A program made the translations under genes and the position numbers. This document shows positions 59,252-64,000 of a DNA stretch of 64,000 bases, piece by piece. The notes under the pieces are model-generated. The model worked only from the letters and a program-made list of their open reading frames with translations, searched no databases and was not told where the DNA came from. Positions within the stretch are counted from its first letter, which is position 1; each line of letters starts with the position of its first letter. Source of the DNA: an uncultured Acidobacteriota bacterium (GTDB lineage: Bacteria; Acidobacteriota; Thermoanaerobaculia; Gp7-AA8); assembly GCA_963734155.1 (NCBI GenBank), contig CAVTGG010000009.1, positions 15,871 to 79,870 on the forward strand, in the 5' to 3' direction.

Positions 59252-60411
59252 GCGCTCCCTCGCACGTTGTCGATCACCGTGCGCGCGCGGCGATGGCAGT
59301 CGTCGTAGGCGTCGATCGAGCTCTGGCTCGCGCCGTACCACTCGCGCTCGAAGCGGCGGGTGAGCGTGATGAACTCGGGGCGCCACTCGAGCGACGGCGC
59401 GAGTGCGGCGATGTACTCCCAGTTCGTGCGGCTCTTGCGGAAGTGCAGCACGCCGGCGGCGTAGCAGCTGACGAGCGCCGCGTGGTACCACGCGCGGATG
59501 GCCTCGCGGAAGCGGCCGTTCTGCGCGAGCTGCGCGGCATAGCGCTCCCACTCCGAGGCGCCGCGTGAGAGCGGATCGTCATCGCGCTTCGATCCGAGCG
59601 GTTCGCTCGTCTCGAGATCCGTCTTCGTCTTTCTGCGCGCGCGGCGGCGCGACTCGAGGGCGAGGATCACGATCAGGATCACGATCAGCGCGACCAGCGC
59701 CGCGACGATCCAGCGCATCCCGCCGGTGGCTCCCCGCTGCCGCGCGCTGTCGGGGAAGAGGTCGAGGATCCATTCGAGGATGCGATCCAGCTTGTCGAGG
59801 ATCCAGTCCCACGCGCGCTCGAGCGACTGCGCGACGCGCTCGAGCAGCGGCGTCGTCACGGGCTTGAGCGGGATCTCGCCGCCGGGCGCGAGCTCCGGCA
59901 CTTCCTGCTCGCTGGCCACGCGCGCGAGCAGCTTCGGATCGGCGGGTGCCTGTGCGCCGGGCGTGACGCGGCGGATCTCGTCGATCGTGACGGCGAGGCG
60001 CGATTGCAACTGCACGTCGGCGCGCTTCGCGTCGGCGATGGCGAGGAGGAGCGAGGTGTCGGCGTGGAAGCGGCCTTGCGGAGAGTCGACGACGAATTCG
60101 GCGAAGCCGCGCGCTTCCCGCTGCGCAACCGCGAGTTGTCCGGTGGCGAGATGTTGCTGCAGTTGTTCGAGCAGGCCGAGGTATTCGCGGACGGGAATGA
60201 TCCTCTGCTCCGCGAATGCGGGCAGCGCGACGAGCAGGAATAGAAGGATGAGCGAGAGGCGCCGCCCCTCACCCGGCGCTTCGCGCCACCCTCTCCCCGC
60301 ACGCGGGGAGAGGGGCAACGACGACGACTGAGTCTCGTCGCCCTGCTCCCCGCGTGCGGGGAGAAGGTGGCCGGAGGCCGGATGAGGGGCCGTGTTCAAG
60401 ACGCGCCTCAT
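59248..60411 (-). CDS. DUF4129-domain membrane protein
   Basis: A..GRFREAIR..Y, SRTNWEY, LTRRFEREWYG; ATG overlaps the upstream stop. Confidence 0.85.
   Translation of the reverse strand: MRRVLNTAPHPASGHLLPARGEQGDETQSSSLPLSPRAGRGWREAPGEGRRLSLILLFLLVALPAFAEQRIIPVREYLGLLEQLQQHLATGQLAVAQREARGFAEFVVDSPQGRFHADTSLLLAIADAKRADVQLQSRLAVTIDEIRRVTPGAQAPADPKLLARVASEQEVPELAPGGEIPLKPVTTPLLERVAQSLERAWDWILDKLDRILEWILDLFPDSARQRGATGGMRWIVAALVALIVILIVILALESRRRARRKTKTDLETSEPLGSKRDDDPLSRGASEWERYAAQLAQNGRFREAIRAWYHAALVSCYAAGVLHFRKSRTNWEYIAALAPSLEWRPEFITLTRRFEREWYGASQSSIDAYDDCHRRARTVIDNVRGSA
60266..60390. repeat. Inverted pair of palindromic repeats inside the 5' end of the DUF4129 gene
   Basis: CCCTCACCCGG..CTCTCCCCGCACGCGGGGAGAGGGG plus an inverted copy. 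Confidence 0.85.
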
Positions 60412-61218
60412 GATGCCCGCCGCAGCTCCGCGAACCAGGCGCGGAGATCGTCGCCGCTCTCCTGCGCTCCCGCTTTGCGCACGAAGACGACATGGGCGGC
60501 GATCCAGAACGGCTCGACGACGATGCAGCCCGCCGGCGAAGAGCATCAGCACGAAGCGGCGATTGCTTCCGCCGAACAGCAGCGGCCAGTTCGGGGCGTC
60601 GAAGCCGCCGATGGCGCTGACGAGCCACGCGCCGACGTTGAACGCGGCCCAGAGATTCGCGAAGGCGATGATCCAGGCGCAGAAGAAGACGAACACGAAC
60701 GCGAGCGGAACGCCGACCGGGCGCGCGGAGCGGCCGATGATGCGGAACGGCGCGAAGACGCCGGCGCGCTCGTTGAGCTCCATCGTGCCGATGGCGAGGC
60801 CGGCGAACATGACGGCGACGACGAGGCCGATGAGGGTGAGGACGCCGACGGAGCCGGCGAAGATGGCCGCCGATGCGGTGAGGACGTAGCACGCGAATGC
60901 CGCGACGGGCACGCGCCACGCGGCGCGTCCCGGAGCCATGCCGCGGGCCATGGCCAGACGGCACGCGCGGGCGTAGACGGCGCGGCCCCAGAGCGCGAGG
61001 AGGACAGTGGCCACGATCATGTTCGCGGTCGCGCCGAGGAGGTGGCCGTATTGGGAGGCGCTCTCGTGGACTTCGATGAGCTGATCGAGAAAGACGGCTT
61101 GCAGGAAGCGGTAGGGAAGGGCGGTCAGCGCGAGGACGGCGGTCCACGGCGCGGTGAGCTTCACGACCTCCGCGGCCTCGTCGAGCACGGACGTGATGGA
61201 GAGCGGCGCGCGAATCAA
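60408..61218 (-). CDS. Polytopic membrane protein of the MoxR locus (frameshift ~60525)
   Basis: TTG start; APLSITSVLDEA; multiple TMs; shifted C-terminus ..ESGDDLRAWF.. Confidence 0.75.
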
Positions 61219-61493
61219 AACAGACCCGCGATCAGCGCGCCCGTCCACACCATCACCCGCGCGCCGAGATAGAGAAGGATGAGGGACATCAAGGCAACGC
61301 CGAGCAAGGACGCGAACGGCGAGCGCTGCACCCCCGCGCCGCGCCTCGCGCCCAGACAGCCCGCGCAATGCCAGATCCCATCCCACTGCGTCGCGCATTC
61401 CTGGCAGAGCATCTTCGTGCAGCGCATGCATCGCGCGAACGCCGGCCGCTCGGCGTGGAACGCGCAGCGGGCGAGGGTGACTGTCGTTGGCAT
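61215..61493 (-). CDS. Small B-box-like zinc-finger membrane protein
   Basis: CAFH..ARCMRC...CQEC......HCAGC plus one TM helix. Confidence 0.75.
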   Translation of the reverse strand: MPTTVTLARCAFHAERPAFARCMRCTKMLCQECATQWDGIWHCAGCLGARRGAGVQRSPFASLLGVALMSLILLYLGARVMVWTGALIAGLF

Positions 61494-61529
61494 CGGTGCG
61501 GCGAGAGTTTAACAGCGCGGAGAGAGGCG

Positions 61530-61620
61530 TGGAGGCGCAGAGGCTCAGAGGAGCAAAGGCTCAAAGTGGGCCCCCATGGTTTGCTTTGAGCCTTTGAGCC
61601 TCGGCCTCCTTTGAGCCTCT
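61530..61620. repeat. Inverted arrays of 8-bp units in divergent intergenic region
   Basis: GAGGCGCA GAGGCTCA GAGGAGCA AAGGCTCA ... TTTGAGCC TTTGAGCC. Confidence 0.8.
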
Positions 61621-61648
61621 TGACGCGCAGCCCGTTCCCCCGTACTCT
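61620..61648 (+). promoter_or_regulatory. Sigma70-type promoter
   Basis: TTGACG-N17-TACTCT. Confidence 0.75.
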
Positions 61649-61657
61649 CCTCCCCTA

Positions 61658-61705
61658 ATGACGTCCCTCGCCGGCTTTACGGGCTATTACGGCTACTACA
61701 GCTAG
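61658..61705 (+). CDS. Tyr-rich attenuator leader peptide MTSLAGFTGYYGYYS
   Basis: Four Tyr and one Phe codon in 15; lies between the promoter and an intrinsic terminator upstream of aromatic biosynthesis genes. Confidence 0.88.
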   Translation: MTSLAGFTGYYGYYS

Positions 61706-61766
61706 CGTGGGGCAATGTGCGCCCCGACGTGGGAAGGGGCGCTCGAAACGGTAACGGCAGATCGAC

Positions 61767-61800
61767 ACCTCTTCTCGGCAACGGGAAGAGGTTTTTTGTT
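61767..61800 (+). terminator. Attenuator (intrinsic) terminator
   Basis: ACCTCTTCTCG-GCAA-CGGGAAGAGGT followed by TTTTTGTT. Confidence 0.88.
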
Positions 61801-61801
61801 G

Positions 61802-62095
61802 ATGAACACGATCGATGCCGAAGCCGAGTTGAAACGCCTGCGCGATGCGATCGACCGCGTCGATGAGGTGCTGGTCAAGCTCCTCAATCAGCGTGCGCGG
61901 TATGCCTGCGAGATCGGCGACATCAAGGGATTGCTCTCGCTCCCCATCTATGCGCCGGAGCGGGAGAAAGAAGTGCTGCTGCGTGTCGAGGAGGCGTCCG
62001 CGCCCGGGCCGCTCGATGCCGCCGCCATCCGCCGCCTGTTCGAACGAATCATTGACGAGTCGCGCCGCGTGGAACGCGAGTCCGCGGCGAAATAG
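61802..62095 (+). CDS. Chorismate mutase (AroQ, type II)
   Basis: LKRLRDAIDRVDEVLVKLLNQRA..IG.IK..PERE.EVL..LFERIIDESR. Confidence 0.92.
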   Translation: MNTIDAEAELKRLRDAIDRVDEVLVKLLNQRARYACEIGDIKGLLSLPIYAPEREKEVLLRVEEASAPGPLDAAAIRRLFERIIDESRRVERESAAK

Positions 62096-62103
62096 GAGAA
62101 GCC

Positions 62104-63117
62104 ATGGTCATCGTGATGGAGAAACACACCGAAGAACGCAACATCGAGCACGTGATGTCGGAGCTGACCTCGCGCGGCTTCGACGTGCACCGGTCCACCG
62201 GCTCCGATCAAACGGTCCTCGGCGTCGTAGGACATGTCGACACCATCGACCCGCGCGAATTCGAATTGTTCGAAGGCGTGCAGGAAGTCGTGCGCGTCAG
62301 CGAGCCGTACAAGCTCACCAGCCGCACGTGGAGGCGCGAGAAGACCATCATCAATGCGCGGGGCGTGAAGATCGGCGGCGATCACGTGGTGGTCATGGCC
62401 GGCCCGTGCACGATCGAGAGCGAACATCAGCTCTTCGAGACCGCGCGCCGCGTCGCGCGCTCGGGCGCGAAAGTATTGCGCGGCGGCGCGTACAAGCCGC
62501 GCACGTCGCCGTATGCGTTTCAGGGGATGGGTGTCGAGGGATTGAAGCTGCTGCGGGCGGCGGGGGACGAGAACGAAATGGCCACGGTATCCGAGGTCAT
62601 GGAAATCTCGCAGATTGAAGGAATGCTCCCGTATGTCGACATCCTGCAGGTCGGCGCGCGCAATATGCAGAATTACAATTTATTGTCCGCGTTAGGCCAG
62701 ATCCGTAGGCCGATTCTATTGAAGCGGGGCATGTCGGCCACGATTCAGGAATGGCTCCTCGCCGCCGAATACATCATGGCCGGCGGCAATTACGAAGTCA
62801 TTCTGTGCGAGCGCGGAATTCGCACGTTTGAAACGTACACGCGCAATACGCTCGATATCTCCGCAATCCCGGTCATTGAGAAACTCTCGCACCTGCCGAT
62901 CATTGCAGATCCGTCGCATGCAGTCGGCCGCCGCGACAAGGTCATGCCGGTCGCGCGCGCCATTGTGGCGGCGGGAGGCGATGGGTTGCTCATTGAAGTC
63001 CATCACGATCCCGACAAAGCGGTGTGTGATGGTCCGCAGTCGCTCTATCCCGAACAGTTCGCGCGGCTGATGGACGAACTGCGCATCATCGTGCCGGCGG
63101 TGGGAAGGAGTCTTTGA
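62104..63117 (+). CDS. aroF: DAHP synthase, type I-beta with N-terminal regulatory domain
   Basis: AGPCTIES, GGAYKPRTSPY.FQG, QVGARNMQN, LKRG, CERGIRTF, DPSH. Confidence 0.95.
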   Translation: MVIVMEKHTEERNIEHVMSELTSRGFDVHRSTGSDQTVLGVVGHVDTIDPREFELFEGVQEVVRVSEPYKLTSRTWRREKTIINARGVKIGGDHVVVMAGPCTIESEHQLFETARRVARSGAKVLRGGAYKPRTSPYAFQGMGVEGLKLLRAAGDENEMATVSEVMEISQIEGMLPYVDILQVGARNMQNYNLLSALGQIRRPILLKRGMSATIQEWLLAAEYIMAGGNYEVILCERGIRTFETYTRNTLDISAIPVIEKLSHLPIIADPSHAVGRRDKVMPVARAIVAAGGDGLLIEVHHDPDKAVCDGPQSLYPEQFARLMDELRIIVPAVGRSL

Positions 63118-63793
63118 CGCGTCCGCCGCGAACACGCGGCAGTGCAATGTCCAGGAACAGAGGATCTTTGTGGACGATCCAGCTGCCTGACCGCCGTTGC
63201 AGTGCCGCGAGGAAAACCGCCTCATAGGCTCCGCCTTCCGCTTCGTGCACCATCGCCGGAGTGATTCCGGGGCACACTTGTGCGGCATAGACGAGCGCCC
63301 AATCTCCGTCGGCGGTATAGGCGACGCGCGAAAACCAGAACAAGAGAGGCGCGTTTTGTCCGGAGCTCATCGTGATTTGTTCTTTGGGCCAGAGCGTGCG
63401 CGCGGCGAGTGGCTCGGGCACGAGCTCGATTGGAGCGCCCGCGGCGAGACGTTTCGGGTCGATGGCAAGAGCCGGTTCGCGATCCAGCGCGCGCAACGCG
63501 GCCATGAGCGGTGCCGCCCGGGCGGGCAGCAGTTTGGCCCACCCGGCATCGCGTGACGGAGTGCCGGGCGGCAGTGGCTGCGTGGTGCCGACGACCGCAA
63601 CGCGGCCATTGGAGTCGTAAAACGTGCAGCCCCGGCCGTGCTCGCCCTCTTGTGGCCACGTCAGCTGCTCACGCAATACGGCGCTGTATACGGCGTGGTC
63701 GCGCGCCTGCAGGAATGCTTGGTCTTCGCGGGCTCTGCAACAGGCCAGCAAACAGAGTGCGCCACCCAGCCAGACGCGCAACGCGGCTCGCAT
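63086..63793 (-). CDS. Hypothetical exported protein / lipoprotein
   Basis: N-terminal hydrophobic stretch ending LLAC; no recognised domain. Confidence 0.6.
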   Translation of the reverse strand: MRAALRVWLGGALCLLACCRAREDQAFLQARDHAVYSAVLREQLTWPQEGEHGRGCTFYDSNGRVAVVGTTQPLPPGTPSRDAGWAKLLPARAAPLMAALRALDREPALAIDPKRLAAGAPIELVPEPLAARTLWPKEQITMSSGQNAPLLFWFSRVAYTADGDWALVYAAQVCPGITPAMVHEAEGGAYEAVFLAALQRRSGSWIVHKDPLFLDIALPRVRGGRVKDSFPPPAR

Positions 63794-63850
63794 AGGGTTT
63801 TAGCCTACCATCGACTCGCGGCACGAATGCTGTCATACAATCCCGCCCGC

Positions 63851-64000
63851 TTGCGCCGGGTCCCGCTTCTCGCAATGCTGCTGCTCTTCGCCTGCGCCAC
63901 TCCGGCGCCGCGGCCGGAGCCTGTGCCGGAACCACCTGCGCCTGTGCCCGTTGCGGCGCCCGTCGAGGGAAAAGTGATCGGCAGCGTGCGCGTCACCGCC
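63851..64000 (+). CDS. Lipoprotein with Pro-rich linker, 3'-partial
   Basis: TTG start 9 nt after TACAAT; LRRVPLLAMLLLFAC lipobox; PAPRPEPVPEPPAP; frame open to the window end. Confidence 0.65.
   Translation, partial: MRRVPLLAMLLLFACATPAPRPEPVPEPPAPVPVAAPVEGKVIGSVRVTA

Noticed and set aside
53938-61431. Apparent long fusions in the ORF track (53938..55404, 58421..59551, 59248..61431, also 51602..52699)
   Set aside because: Upstream extensions overlap real genes in other frames or arise from frameshifts; true starts overlap the preceding stop codons.

Overview
High-GC bacterial DNA. Gene content, repeat families and Rhs style suggest Acidobacteriota (Thermoanaerobaculia-like); this is inference. 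About 16 single-base frameshifts, nearly all +1 and including one in trpA, look like long-read consensus errors, so several ORF-track entries are fragments of single genes. 1-27.4 kb: the 3' part of a giant lectin/LVIVD/Ig surface protein, coupled to a reconstructed ~6,900-aa signal-peptide Ig-repeat Rhs protein with an HNH nuclease tip and a DUF4265-like immunity gene. 27.4-30 kb: decayed mobile/Rhs debris. 30.1-35.7 kb: DUF4388, lgt, aroC, class-V aminotransferase, rmuC. 35.7-46.6 kb: an integrase-less island bounded by a 22-bp direct repeat. It is the best candidate for a new system: a 'split Rhs' in which a secreted YD shell lacks the Rhs core, three separately signal-peptide-bearing Rhs-core cassettes carry Cys-rich peptidase-like tips with no immunity genes, and a LytTR regulator and pseudokinase-kinase LytS sensor follow. 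46.6-51.7 kb: trpGDCFBA (no trpE) with a candidate one-Trp leader peptide. 51.6-61.5 kb: B-box/RDD-SpoIIM-DUF58-MoxR-DUF4350-DUF4129 locus. 61.6-63.1 kb: chorismate mutase-DAHP synthase operon under a clear Tyr-rich leader-peptide attenuator. No rRNA, tRNA or CRISPR array was seen.
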